Shown: positions 33,385 to 45,499 of the stretch, in pieces
How positions within the stretch are numbered: the stretch's first letter is position 1
Layout: the number at the start of each line of letters is the position of its first letter
DNA from: Macrostomum lignano
Lineage: Eukaryota
Assembly (NCBI GenBank): GCA_002269645.1
Contig: NIVC01002098.1
Location: 140,635-204,634, forward strand
Reading direction: 5' to 3'
Length of the DNA: 64,000 nt
Notes under the pieces: model-generated
What the model was told of the DNA's origin: nothing
Databases searched by the model: none
Seen by the model: the letters and a program-made list of their open reading frames with translations, nothing else
Position numbers and translations under genes: made by a program

Positions 33385-33699
33385 TCACATAAAAATTTCA
33401 ATTTCATTCTCAGAATCACTAGTTTCATATGAACTATTTGTTGATTCGGAATCGTCTGAACGAACCTCCCAATCATCCGAATTTAAATAATCTCCAAGTT
33501 GAAATATTAACTCACCCTCTTGTTCTAAATCATACATCTCATCCAACTCTAATGGATAAAGTTTTAGGTCGTGCTTGTCGTCATATTTTAAATAAACTTC
33601 ATCAATTATTCCGTTCAAAATATGCTGTTTTATTATCTCTGCATTTTTAGCAACAGTCTCAAAAGTATCACTAACAGAAAAGGTGTAAACTCGGGTCAT
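33385..33699 (-). CDS. Polinton acidic hypothetical protein
   Basis: CTAAAAATG start just inside the right TIR. Asp/Glu/Ser-rich C-terminus. Confidence 0.6.
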   Translation of the reverse strand: MTRVYTFSVSDTFETVAKNAEIIKQHILNGIIDEVYLKYDDKHDLKLYPLELDEMYDLEQEGELIFQLGDYLNSDDWEVRSDDSESTNSSYETSDSENEIEIFM

Positions 33700-33716
33700 T
33701 TTTAGTAACAGAAAAA

Positions 33717-34036
33717 GACCCTTCGCGCCTGCGGCGCGTGCGAGGGGTTATAGAGTAGTAGTAGGTAAAAAGACGAGTACAGATCAGACCCTATTTATAA
33801 TGGCAGTTTGTAAGGTCTTAAGAGGGGGGACGCGTGGGGAGTGTTGGGGGATGATTTTTATTGATTTTTGTTATTAGGGGGTTTTGTGGGTGATTAGAGG
33901 TGGTAATGGTGTTTAGATGTGTTTAGATGTGTTTAGATGTGTTTTTTTTTATTTCTCCCCGTGTCCCCCCTCTAGACCCTTAAAACTGCTATTTAAAAAG
34001 TGCTCTGGGTCTGTACTCGTCTTTTTACCTACTACT
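33717..34036 (-). repeat. Polinton right TIR (320 bp)
   Basis: Reverse complement of 16768-17087. Confidence 0.97.
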
Positions 34037-34709
34037 CAGGGGTCAATGCAAGGAGATTGCTAAGTGATTGAGCTGCTTTTTTGTCCTGACAATAATGGAC
34101 AACTCATTTACAGTCAGCTGGACTAGAAGCTCATATTAGAATTTGAATTCAATTTTTCAATTTGACAATTGTTGGAGTACCATTCTACTAACCAATTGAA
34201 AGCAAGAAAATTTTCTCACAAAAGGCAATTTTTCTGGCAAAAGTATTGAAAATAATTGCCTAGATTAATGAATACAACTTAAAAATTAGCATGGTTACTG
34301 TAGGAACTGAATGCGATTGGGTCTGATGCTTTCAGTAGACAGCAGCAAGAAGTCTCAATACATAAAATAGAATCTATCTATTTCAACCCTTAGCGAGACG
34401 GGACTGCAGCTAAAGCCGCGCTGAGAACACTGAACAAATGCGCGCACTCGGGGAGAAAATCAGCGGGCAAAGCAAACGCTAGAATTGTCGTCCCAGCGCT
34501 GCCACGTACTCACTCACTGCAGTCTGCACCTGGTTACTTTCACTTTACTTTTACCCGGTTAGTTTTGTTTCTGGCTTTAACCCACTCATGCCCTAAACAG
34601 ATTAGTTCAAGTGTTAAGTTAATAAATAAAACATGAATAGTTGGAGCAGGCTGTGTACGAGCGTAGTATTATGATTTTTCTTGTTTACACGTACGAGTAA
34701 CAAACCTAA

Positions 34710-34865
34710 TAAATGGTATATATTCCCCATTTATTTTGTTGTCTAGCGGGCAAAGGCAAGAGGTGTCTCGTTTATTGACCGAGGCGAAGCCGAGGTCAAT
34801 GATCGAGACACCGAGTGCTTTTGGCCCTAGACAGCTAAATGAGTGGGGAATATGATATGTATCCC
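34710..34865. repeat. Palindromic (foldback) MITE-like element
   Basis: Imperfect palindrome centred on TTGACCGAGGCGAAGCCGAGGTCAAT. Confidence 0.6.
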
Positions 34866-37164
34866 CCGTTCGTTGTCTATGGTTGTTGTCTCGAATTTAT
34901 CAGCCCGCGGGGCAGCGGGAAATAAATGATTTATTCACCTAGGGAAATAAATGAAAACATGCGTCACATAGACACTCGCCCGGGGCAAAAGGGGGATACA
35001 TAGTACGCGGTGTACGTGTAAGATGCACTGGCGAAGCCAAGATCACGGTCATGACCCCCAGGACCTCCACCCAGTCAGCCGATAATTTATAAATCGTAGA
35101 TTTCTTTAGACTCCCGGGGATAGAAATCATGACTAAGCCACTGGATGCTAGCATGAAAACTTTTCATGTCATGTCAAGTCAGGAGAAGCATTATTACCAA
35201 ACCGACAGACTTTTCATTGGCTCCTGGACCTGAGAGAACATTTTGATATGATGAAGCTGATTTTCTGATCTTAACAGCTGCCTCATCCGCAAAAAGCCGA
35301 CTCCATTTGCTATGATATCTTAGCATAGTCGTTAGCATTGAGTTAGGTGCGAGTAGGATTCAGATTTCAAGATTTCATGATTTGGTACCTAGATATTCGA
35401 GGGGTGTCCGGAAAGTTCTGACACTTTTAACCCCAGAGGAAAACAGTAGCAGCTGCAAGCACATCTTTGGCGTCATTTTAAAGAGGCACATCTTTTCTTT
35501 CCAATTCATTCAGTCGCGTGTATTTTGGTCATTTCATTTAAAAGTTATGTGTGAAAACCCATCACAATGCCACTGATAGTCTCACAGTAAAAGGTGAAGT
35601 ACATAACTTAGGCAACTTTTTATGGGTCTTGTTTGCAGCACGCAAGTATACAAGTACACACAAAACGGCTCTGATTTCAGTGCATCCCTCACTTACCGTC
35701 CATCCCTTCTGAGTTGAGTATTTTATTCACTCCGTCACTTCTAAGCAAACCTCACTGCTTTGCACCTTGCGAAATTTTGCTTAATCAAGTGTTTTGATTT
35801 TTGCGATTATTGACACCATGATGAGTCTGCAATCGAAAGAAGGCCAAAGGTACGGAATGCTCAAGCGATGGCAAAATTGTGTTGCTACAGGTGGAGACTA
35901 TGTTGAGAAAGCTGCCTTGAAGGTTGATGATGATGATAAGTGACTACAATTCGTTTTTTAGGACAAAACCTAGCTTTTTAAATTTTTAAACTTTTACTGT
36001 AAGACTATTAGTGGCATTGCGATGGGTTTTCACACAACTTATGATCTTCATGTGGGTTCATATGGGTTCCGTATGTTTTGCATCATCTAGCATATTTAAC
36101 AGCAATAATACAATAACTAACAATGCTCTGCATCCTAAACGGCATTTTATGCATGTTTCGAGTAAGTGCATTTAAAGCAATTCTTCAACTGCTTGTATCT
36201 AGAATTGTGGTTTCTTTCAGAATAAAAGTGTTATATAGGAACACAGGTCATTAATTTGCAGTTAGTTCATCGGTTTCTACCGGTAGCTTGTTGCATCTAT
36301 AGGACAATAGGTTTTACTCGATCTTGTAATTTCGGTCCTGCCAATAACTGTAATCTTCATAGAGTTTACCGAGTACTTAGGTAAAAATTATACGGGCTCA
36401 ATGGCTCGAGCAAGGCATGAGAAGATTTTAAATAATAGAAATTTACTTTATTGAATGTTGAGCATACATTAATTCCAACTGAGTAAAGGAAACGTTTAGT
36501 CCATGCACGATCATGGACAGACTAGAAAACGATTGGACTAGAAGTCCCATGACACTGCTGACAGCATTCGTGCAGCCACAATAACACTTCTTCTAGTCTT
36601 TCGTTCTCGCTTTCAGCTATATCCTGTTTCTCTTTCCGCTTCTGTCATGCAGGCGCGACGCGCTGACATCAGCCCGGATACAGTCCACTGCAGATCCGAT
36701 TGTTTTTATCCAATATTTTTTTTCAGATCAGATTCAAAATAAAAGCAATGCAGTTGCTCGCTCTGAAAGAGAGCATGACTCTCTGTAGCAAGGGAAATGA
36801 AATTAAATCAGGCGCAGCGCAGAGGGACCCGGTACGGTTTGGCGGGGACTATTTTTAGTTGAGCACAGACAGAACAACATTACCGGTAGAGCGAACATCG
36901 GTTAAGACTCTCGCGAAATGAATGGCTCCAATCAAGTGCATCGTAGCGTTAAAACGAATAAATATTTAATTAGCTAGGAGTACTATGCAGTGAGAAAATG
37001 CGAACTGCATCAAGTGGAATGCGAGCTGGAGTGGATTTAAGTGCTTTTATACCAACCAGTTTTTGGTTTGGTATTTGGTAGAAATTAAGGGTAGCAGGTA
37101 TGAGACTGGAGGCTTACGGCGGATCTGCCATCAATACCATCGGCAAAGTCAAGCTTCTGGTTGT

Positions 37165-38700
37165 ATTTAACAACACCAGAGTGACTGCCATTTTCTACGT
37201 CGCCGACAATGAATCGGTGGGCCGGGTCCGGTCCCCGCACCGGGGAAGGCAGTCTTGAGTAATGACCAGACCTCTTTGGGCTGGATCCAGAGCGCCAAGG
37301 GGGTCAGATCGGTCGGCATGGCAAGACAATGGAAAATATGCGTGACGGTTTCGTCGTCCCGGCCGCATATGCGGCAAAGCAGTGAGGCCGACGTGTCAAT
37401 TTTAGATTGATAGGTGGCGAGCAGCTTACAGTGACCGGAGCGCAGCTGGGCTAGAGTGATGCGCTGGCGACGGTTGCGAAGGCTCTCGGTGGTGCAGATG
37501 TTCGGCGCGCGCGAGCCAAGGACCGGGTTTGGCGGCTGCTTGTTGAAGTGCTCGCTGACAAACGCAGTATGTATGGACTGCCGAGTATGCGAGGCGGAGG
37601 GAGGCAAAATCCGTGATGGGAGTCGAGTAGGATGATAGCCGATGCGAGCGAAAATGGCGTTGGAGAACGAACCAAGATTGCAGCGAATGGAGCGACGTGG
37701 CGAGGGGTCTTGGAAGAGCTGGTGATTAGGATGCCAGGAGGCCGAGCAGGAAGCCCAGCGACTCAAGGCGCTCAGAGTGCGCTTTAACAGGGAGCACGGC
37801 GCATTCAGAGTGAAAGTTCTCGACCTGAGTGCAGTTGTGACACTCGGTGATGATTCGCAGAGCCACGTTCTGACAGCGCTGGAGCAGGTTCCAACTGGTC
37901 TTGCTGAGGAGGGGCGACTAGACAGGGGCGCAGTAGTTAAGTTGTGACCTGCAGATGGCTTCGAAGGACACGCTGAGAGTCTCTTTATCTTGGCCCCAGT
38001 GCGTGCCACAAAGAGCGCGTAGGATGGGTGGATTTGGAGCGGACCTTGTTGCTGGTCAGTTTGGCATGAAAGCAAAGAAGGGGGTCGAACGTGACGCCCA
38101 GGATCTTCGGGTTAGTGCAGTAGGACAATGGCGAGCCGCACAGAAAGATCGGAGGAGACGAGTGAAATTCGTGGGTTTTGCTGGTAAAGATGGTAGCAGG
38201 TGAGTTGCCCAGCGAGAGCGGAAGGCTTCTAATTTCGAGATAGCGGCAGAGCTGATCGAGGTACGGTTGAATGAGCTCAGAGAGTTTAATGACAAACGGG
38301 CCGCGAGCGCAGATAGAAATGTCGTCGGCATACTGCGTAATGTGCAGGTTTGGCGGCGGACGCGGAAGGTCAGACATATAGAAAGCGGAAAGGAGAGGAG
38401 ATAAAACTCCGCCTTGTGGGACTCCGACGTGCAGCGGGCGGGATTTAGAAAGAATAGTGCGATAATCGGGGAGCGACTGTTAAGATAAGCGTGAAGCCAG
38501 CGGACCAAAGCGTGCGGCAGAGAGGACTGAAGCAGCATCTCGCAGGGCTTGGTATGTTCGACTTTGTCAAAAGCGTTTTGGAGGTCGAGAGCGACAAGGA
38601 GACTACGGAGAGCTGGCTTCTGGGCGTTTAGGCCCTCACTGGTGAAGGTGGTCAAGCCGAGCAGAGCCGTGGTGGTGGAATGACGGTCGCGGTCTGCGTC
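37165..38700 (-). mobile_element. 5'-truncated, frameshifted non-LTR retrotransposon (I/Ingi/Jockey-like RT plus C-terminal CCHC)
   Basis: ALDLQNAFDKV, QYADDIS, KILGVTFD, QLRSGHC...CRICGRDDETVTHIFHC across several frames. Confidence 0.85.
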
Positions 38701-38739
38701 GGTCCAAGAGCTTTATTCATCGGACCAAAGTCGACGCCT

Positions 38740-39400
38740 CGTTGAAGCCGGTATCACAGCCAATGCGGAAGTTTTCGATCAGGCGGAAGATCACCCGAAA
38801 GGACATCAGTAATCAGTCGAATAGAGCGACCAGGCATCATGGAGAAGGTCAATGCCTTGAGTGGGTCAGCAAAGTGGTTGTGACACGCAACGAATCCAAT
38901 AAAGTTCGTCTCTGCGTAGACCTGTGACAAGTTAACAAAGCGCAGACCGCTACCCTGTGCCGTCAATCGAGGACCTGTCAGCGAGCATTACCGAAGCTCT
39001 CGAAGTGCTTCAGCAAGCTGGACCTCCAACAAGGTTACCAGCAGATACTACTGCATCCTAACTCTCGAGGACTGAATTTCTTCATCCTCGATGCCGGCCT
39101 GTACGAGTTCATCGTGGTGCCATATTTGAGTCCAGCTCCGGAGCTGCCTTCCAGAGGGCCCTTCGGACAGTGCTTCAAGGAGCTCCAGGCGCCATCAAAA
39201 TCGTTGACAAAATCCTGGTACACAGCACGAACGAGACTGAGAATGAAAAGAACCTCCGTGAAGTCCTGGACACAAAATTCACCGCGAAGGCTTCACGCTC
39301 AACCTTGAGAAGTGCAAATTCAGGCAGCCAAGCGTCGAGTTCTTTGGGTTGGTGATCTTTTCAGATGGAATCAGAATGACCCAGTCCAACGTTGAGGGGA
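38740..39400 (+). pseudogene. Decayed Ty3/Gypsy reverse transcriptase fragment
   Basis: WVSKVVV...KVRLCVDL, FSKLDLQQGYQQI, IVDKILVHS, LEKCKF...VEFFG with stops and frameshifts. Confidence 0.8.
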
Positions 39401-39502
39401 TAGATCAATTAGATGAAATTAGATGAGATAAAATAGGTAAGATTAGATGAGTTGACGAGATAGATAAATAGCTCGTAGGAATGATGAATGAGTTTGATTG
39501 AA

Positions 39503-40152
39503 TGGATCAACTAAATCAGATAGGTCAGGTAGATCAGATAGGTCAGGTAGATCAGATAGGTCAGGTAGATCAGATAGGTCAGGTAGATCAGATAGGTCAG
39601 GTAGATCAGATAGGTCAGGTAGATCAGATAGGTCAGGTAGATCAGATAGGTCAGGTAGATCAGATAGGTCAGGTAGATCAGATAGGTCAGGTAGATCAGA
39701 TAGGTCAGGTAGATCAGATAGGTCAGGTAGATCAGATAGGTCAGGTAGATCAGATAGGTCAGGTAGATCAGATAGGTCAGGTAGATCAGATAGGTCAGGT
39801 AGATCAGATAGGTCAGGTAGATCAGATAGGTCAAGTAGATCAGATAGGTCAGGTAGATCAGATAGGTCAGGTAGATCAGATAGGTCAGGTAGATCAGATA
39901 GGTCAGGTAGATCAGATAGGTCAGGTAGATCAGATAGGTCAGGTAGATCAGATAGGTCAGGTAGATCAGATAGGTCAGGTAGATCAGATAGGTCAGGTAG
40001 ATCAGATAGGTCAGGTAGATCAGATAGGTCAGGTAGATCATATAGGTCAGGTAGATCAAATAGGTCAGGTAGATCAGATAGGTCAGGTAGATCAGATAGG
40101 TCAGGTAGATCAGATAGGTCAGGTAGATCAGATAGGTCAGGTGATCAGATAG
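39503..40152. repeat. 18-bp minisatellite (~35 copies)
   Basis: Unit GTCAGGTAGATCAGATAG, nearly invariant. Confidence 0.97.
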
Positions 40153-40470
40153 ATTTTCAGTTTTTTCGAAAATAAAACAGATTCGTCTTTTAAAGCCTAG
40201 AAGCAAAACAAAGTAGCTCGTAAAAGAAGAAGAAATTTACATAATCGAAAGGGATTCTTTCAAAAAAAATTCGGGAAGCAAAATATTCACTGGCACACAC
40301 ACGCATCGGCTGCAGAGGTTCTCTTGCTCATCTTAAAACTGACGCGCCATCCAGCTGTCTTTAGCCGCTATCTGGCCATGGCGAAACTGCCCGCACTTGT
40401 CAGTCAATTCGTGCTCGCACATTTCTTCTTCCCGATTCTCTTTTATTCAATTTATTTATTCATCCTTTAA

Positions 40471-43106
40471 CCACGAAAAGACTGATGGTAAGCAGTGCTT
40501 ACCATGGCCTAACTCAACTTTCTGCCGACCAGAGTAAATTAAATTCTATGGCTAAATTGGTAGTATCCGTTCTTGCCGGATATGGTAAGCACTGCTTACC
40601 ATGAGTATTCTAGGTTTTCTTGTTTTCTGACAATTATAGGCTTTGCATTCTACATTCTTAATTGTTTCGTCAGTAACGTTCCTTTGTGCTTTGGTTCAAA
40701 AACACACATTTTGTTCGAAGAGGCTTCAATAAAGTTTGAAATCGAATTTACTAATAACAGAGTTAAACAACAAAAACGAGAATGAAAAACCTGATAATAT
40801 TCTGGCTGATCGAACTTACTGCGCATACAGAGCGTACGGCTCGTGCACTACAGAAACTATAACTAGTGAAACTAATATAACTTATCAAGAGTTGTGAACT
40901 AATTTGAGCTAAAGACAAGAGCCAAAAATAGTAAACAGAAGGATGAAAACTTTAGTTTTAGCGGAAAGTGAGTCCATTCTGCCGATGCTCGTACTTCAAC
41001 GCTGCGAATGCCAGCGTTGGAAGCAATCTAACAAACAAAGTCCCGGGCATCCTGGACATCGGCTGCAGAAATAAACTGTGCGCCGGGAACTGGCAGAACT
41101 GTAGCACATTCTGCACCTTTTCGTAGGTCTGGGCTGGGTAGGACGACCTGGGATTTTCTCCGGAAAATGCTGCTCATGGACTGCAACTGTTTGCATTATG
41201 GAAGCCGGTCGCTTCCTGCCATTTCCAGTTCGCTCTATCAAATCACGGATGCTGGCTTCGAGATATCTGATAAAAGTATTCTGGCCACCACACTTGCAGT
41301 ACAGAACCCAAGCGTTGCGCACCATTTGAAGGCACATATGCAAACCCAGCTTGTGGAACCATTTTGTTGTCTTTCTGCCGGCATCATAGGGCTGCAGGGT
41401 GCCGTCCAGCGTGTCCACTCCACCCATGCAGCGATTGTAAGTTAGCACACTGCGGCTCTTCTGCACTGCCACATGCTGACCAGCTCGATTGATCTTGACT
41501 TTCTCTGCCTTTGACGCAACGTCCTTCGTGTCCAGCAAATACAAGGTCTTGACTCCACTCTGCTTTCTCTCGACAGCCTTCACAATCAGAACACGTCCCT
41601 TCCTCGCGAAAGCTACATTATTCGGAACCACTAAAGCCTGCCGAAGCTGAGCCGGAACTCCTCGGTCTGGCCTCACGGTGCCCGTCAAGAACGTTGAATG
41701 GTCGATAAGGAACTGGGACAACCTGTATGATGTAAACCAGGTGTCGGTAAATATTCTGTACCCCTGGTCCAGAATTTCCTTGGCCAGCTCAGCTACGATT
41801 CGCTCACTGAGAGAAAGATGTTCACAGTCGTGTGTGGAGCCAAACTTCCGATTTTCTTCTGGAGTTGAGTGCACAAGGAAACTGAAGAGATAAGCAGACT
41901 TCGACTCACACAGACAGTACATTTTCATTCCGGACTTCGCCCGCTTTGTTGGAATGTACTGCTTAAAACGAAGTCGGCCCTTAAACAGTATCAATGACTC
42001 ATCAATGCTCACTTCACATTCAGGCCGGTAGTTGTTCTTGCAATAAGTTTGGAGCAGATTCATGAATGGACGAATCTTGTGCAGTGGGTCGGCGCTTGCT
42101 TCTTCCCTGCTGTCGTAGAAGCGCAGAAATGTCAGCAGCTGTTTGAATCTATCGCGAGCTAACGCCTCGGGCTTCTGAAAGTAAGGTATGCAGTGAAAAT
42201 CGTCTGTGCTCCAGTAGTCATGTAGCTCGGACTTTTTGTTCAGGCCCATGTACAGGTGCATGCCGACTAGCTTTTTCATCTCGCTTGCGGTGCAGTCCCG
42301 CCAGCTAGATACAATGGACGGAAGGACGTCCGTCTCAGGATCCAGTTCCATCAGCATGGTGGCCACCTTGGCGTTTGTCCATTCAGCGAGGCGTTGGAAA
42401 AGCTCTTCAGAAAGAAACATTTGTAAAAAGAAAGACTTATCCTTCTCAACATCCTCAGGAATTAAAAAGTTCGGATTGAGGCCAGCAGTTCCGGTAAATT
42501 CAAAACATTCTGTCCCTTCATCGGACCCAGGCTCGACAAGTCGCCAAACATTCTCAACTTCAGCAGCATCGCCAAACTCCTGTTCTTCCTCGCCATCAGG
42601 CCCTTCTATGGTTGGAGGATTGCCATCCAGTGCTTCTTCGCCAACCTCCTCGCCAGGCTCCTCGTCTATTGTTAAGTAGGAGTCGAGGCTTGCTTCACTG
42701 TCAGAGGTCATGTAGTCGATCTCAGAGGCAGAAGCCATGTACTTTAGGATATCAGTGAGTAAATACTGTGTCAAATTTAGCGAGAAAAGGCTAACAAACA
42801 AGATGGTAAGAGTGTTACTGTAAGAAAGCTAGTTTTACTACAAAGGGGACGTGCTGTCTGAGCACAGATTTCTATGGTAAGCAGCGCATACCAAGCAGGC
42901 AGCAAGTGAAACTGTTTTATTGGCTAAAGCAGTAGTGCTGTTCATTTCCTTCCCGTCTAGCGCGTCAGTTTGAGCCAAGCTGGATCAGTATGCCTAGCCG
43001 GCAGGAATGGAAGTGACATGCTATGCCAGAAAACATCTATGGTAAGCACTGCTTACCAAGCAGTCGGGAACAGACAAATTATGGATTCTGGTTAGGCAGG
43101 AAGAGG
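40471..43106 (-). mobile_element. piggyBac DNA transposon (2,636 bp) with TTAA TSD
   Basis: TTAA|CC...GG|TTAA ends, four copies of a 19-bp palindrome TGGTAAGCA(G/C)TGCTTACCA near the ends, intact transposase ORF. Confidence 0.9.
40996..42801 (-). CDS. piggyBac transposase (intact; likely start MASASE ~42738)
   Basis: DDD triad SIDES, FTDTWF and MGGVDTLD. C-terminal Cys-rich domain CRMC...CSRCPGCPGLC...CF..WH. Confidence 0.93.
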   Translation of the reverse strand: MFVSLFSLNLTQYLLTDILKYMASASEIDYMTSDSEASLDSYLTIDEEPGEEVGEEALDGNPPTIEGPDGEEEQEFGDAAEVENVWRLVEPGSDEGTECFEFTGTAGLNPNFLIPEDVEKDKSFFLQMFLSEELFQRLAEWTNAKVATMLMELDPETDVLPSIVSSWRDCTASEMKKLVGMHLYMGLNKKSELHDYWSTDDFHCIPYFQKPEALARDRFKQLLTFLRFYDSREEASADPLHKIRPFMNLLQTYCKNNYRPECEVSIDESLILFKGRLRFKQYIPTKRAKSGMKMYCLCESKSAYLFSFLVHSTPEENRKFGSTHDCEHLSLSERIVAELAKEILDQGYRIFTDTWFTSYRLSQFLIDHSTFLTGTVRPDRGVPAQLRQALVVPNNVAFARKGRVLIVKAVERKQSGVKTLYLLDTKDVASKAEKVKINRAGQHVAVQKSRSVLTYNRCMGGVDTLDGTLQPYDAGRKTTKWFHKLGLHMCLQMVRNAWVLYCKCGGQNTFIRYLEASIRDLIERTGNGRKRPASIMQTVAVHEQHFPEKIPGRPTQPRPTKRCRMCYSSASSRRTVYFCSRCPGCPGLCLLDCFQRWHSQR

Positions 43107-43289
43107 TTAAACGCCTGATATTTCCCAAGCAAAAGCCCGGCTCGCGAATTCTCTTTAGTGGCCGACTGCCGTCCGCCAATCAAGGAAGCCCTCCTGACTC
43201 GCCTCCTTCCTTTTTACTGATAGAAAGCGGAGTCCTCTTCGTCTCGAAGCCCCCCTGACGCCTGAGCAGCACATCAGCAAGAGACAAAG

Positions 43290-44477
43290 ATGGAGGAGTC
43301 ACTCGGTAGACTTGCCAGTTCGAGTAGCGCGATGGTGGCCTGGTACCTGCTGGCAGCCACCACTGTAGCCATCCTGCTGCTGTGCCTCGCCGGCCTGCGC
43401 AGCTGCCTACTGCGCCGCTACCGGCTGGGCAGCCTCCTCATCGTGCGCTGGATCTGTCTCGCCGACATCTGCTTTGTCCTACACCGAGTTGTGTTTCTTC
43501 TGCTCACCGCCTTGCTGTCAACCGGACCGCCCGGCAGTAAGCTGATCATCACTTGGACATGTAAGCTCTACACTGCTCTGGAGTCGCTGCTAACGCTTGT
43601 GCAGACCTGGCTACTGGTCCTGCTGGCCATGGAACGGGCCGCTATGAAGCTGCGTCCCGATACCGGCCTTCGCTACTTCAACCGACTCCGCCTCCGCGTC
43701 GGGATTGCCATTGCCGGCATTCTTGCGTTCTCGCTGCACATCAACTACATCTATGTGTTCACGCCTGTTACGAGTGCCATTTTCAACGAACGGGCGCCAG
43801 GAGCAGCCGAGCTCAACTTTACAATGCCGTCGATGACCCCAGCTGTGAAAGTTGACTTTGAGCCGCACCCTCAGATGGGGTACAATGATTCTGTCGAATA
43901 CCAGGAAGGGTGCGCCATCGACTTTGGCTTCGAGACATTCTACAACTACGTGGAGATGGCCAACATCCTGCTTGGAGTCTACCTGCCCGTGCTCATCGTC
44001 AACACCTGCGTGGTGCTCCTGTGCTCGCATTACGCAGCTCGCGGCTTCACCCGGCTATCGAATCAGCAGGCTGCCCGGCTGTTGCCGCCCGGCTCAGCTG
44101 GCAATCAGCGCGCCCTCGCCAGCCTAGCCCGATTCAACAACACTATCGACGCGCTGTTCCTGGCGCTGAGCCTGTTCTCCTACGTGCCAATGGAGTCTAT
44201 CGGAATCTACAAAGCCTTCCTCGTGCACACGTCCAAAGCGTCTCACCAGTTCCTGTACGAGCTGGTCTGCAGCATGTTCATGCCGGCGAAGAACCTGCTC
44301 GACGCGCTGCTGATCGGACCGACGCTGATCTACCTGCTGAGCGCGGCACGACTTGGTTATCCCAAGCCGCCGCGTAGGCCAGAGCAGAGTGACTGCAACA
44401 ACCGTGTCACCGCGAATGCCGAGAGCGCCGTCGACATCGAGTTGGACGACCTCAACCCAGGCGGTAACATCGTCTGA
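43290..44477 (+). CDS. Intronless divergent rhodopsin-like (class A) GPCR
   Basis: About seven hydrophobic segments: TM2 CLADICF, TM3 C...LAMER (DRY-like), TM5 YLP, TM6 YVP. Confidence 0.8.
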   Translation: MEESLGRLASSSSAMVAWYLLAATTVAILLLCLAGLRSCLLRRYRLGSLLIVRWICLADICFVLHRVVFLLLTALLSTGPPGSKLIITWTCKLYTALESLLTLVQTWLLVLLAMERAAMKLRPDTGLRYFNRLRLRVGIAIAGILAFSLHINYIYVFTPVTSAIFNERAPGAAELNFTMPSMTPAVKVDFEPHPQMGYNDSVEYQEGCAIDFGFETFYNYVEMANILLGVYLPVLIVNTCVVLLCSHYAARGFTRLSNQQAARLLPPGSAGNQRALASLARFNNTIDALFLALSLFSYVPMESIGIYKAFLVHTSKASHQFLYELVCSMFMPAKNLLDALLIGPTLIYLLSAARLGYPKPPRRPEQSDCNNRVTANAESAVDIELDDLNPGGNIV

Positions 44478-45499
44478 GAACTAAAGAACAAAGAGCAACT
44501 GAAAAGGCCGACGAGTTACATCAACAATTTACCTATCTGTATACGTTTAGTTTCCTGTTTTTCATAAACTGTTGACTGTTTTCAGACTACTGTGTCATTC
44601 CCTCTTAGCAAGAATTTGTGTCTTGTTGTGTCTTGCTAATGGCTGGAAGACTTATTGTCGATTTGTTGTCGAGAAAAATTTCAGCACTTAACTGGCTATT
44701 TTCCCGAATCGCGAGAAGGTTAGTGTTTTCTCCGAGGTTGTTTCAAATCGGTCTTCAATGAATTTTTTTGAGATTTGCAAGTTGTAGCGTCCGACTTTGA
44801 TTACAATGTTTTGATCTTTCCATTTTAGTTTCACTCGAAGTTTATCTTTCTGAATGTTGTGTTTAGTGTTGTGTCGGTAGTTGTGCTTTGCTTACTTTGC
44901 CCAGTTAGTCTCGACTAGCAGCTCTGTCTGTGACAGCAGCGCAGCAGCTGTTGCCACACTGCAAATAGCTCGTACTTGCTCTGGTTTGAGACGCACTGAC
45001 AGACGTGAGCAACGCTGAAGCAGCAATGCAGACCTCACATTCGGCTGCCGGATTGCCGCCGTTCAACTCTGATAAGGAAGGGAGCTCAACAATTACCCTC
45101 GTAGCTAATTGAGTCTGATAGGTCTGACAGCAGGCCAGGAAACGCGACCGTCATGAATTCTGCTGGAACTGATAGATTTGGGCTCCGGCCGCACCCGACC
45201 TTTATAAAACGTCGTGTTTTCCCAAGTCATCCGGCCCGTTCTTTTGCAGACGATGATTGCAAAACACCTGCGCAATGTTAAAGCTTCATCATATTAGATT
45301 GGCCGTGCTTTGATTGCCACTCTGTTTACAGTATTTGCAGTAAATTTTTCTGCGCAGAAATATACCAATTACGAGTAGTTAGAAAGCACGTGTTTGTTAG
45401 AAAAAAAGAAAATCTCGGCGAACTGTTCTCTTTTCGTAAATTTGGACACAATTAAAATTGATTAGCTGCAGAATTGCTTCTTTCAACAACAACAACACA

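Larger units (their letters stand above)
16768..34036. mobile_element. Polinton/Maverick (adintovirus-like endogenous DNA virus), 17,269 bp
   Basis: AGTAGT...ACTACT termini, 320-bp TIRs, 6-bp TSD CAGGGG (16762-16767 and 34037-34042). Encodes pPolB, DJR capsid, penton, A32-like ATPase, adenain and RVE integrase. Confidence 0.98.

Noticed and set aside
35390-35940. Second mariner element
   Set aside because: Only a TIR-like start and a short C-terminal remnant (W..CVATGGDYVE) are visible. No matching right end, so no boundaries could be called.
39498-40206. Long ORFs (SGRSDR, DQIGQV, LIYLTY repeats); likewise 4042-4386, 6906-7664, 62742-63813
   Set aside because: Stop-free frames produced by tandem repeats.
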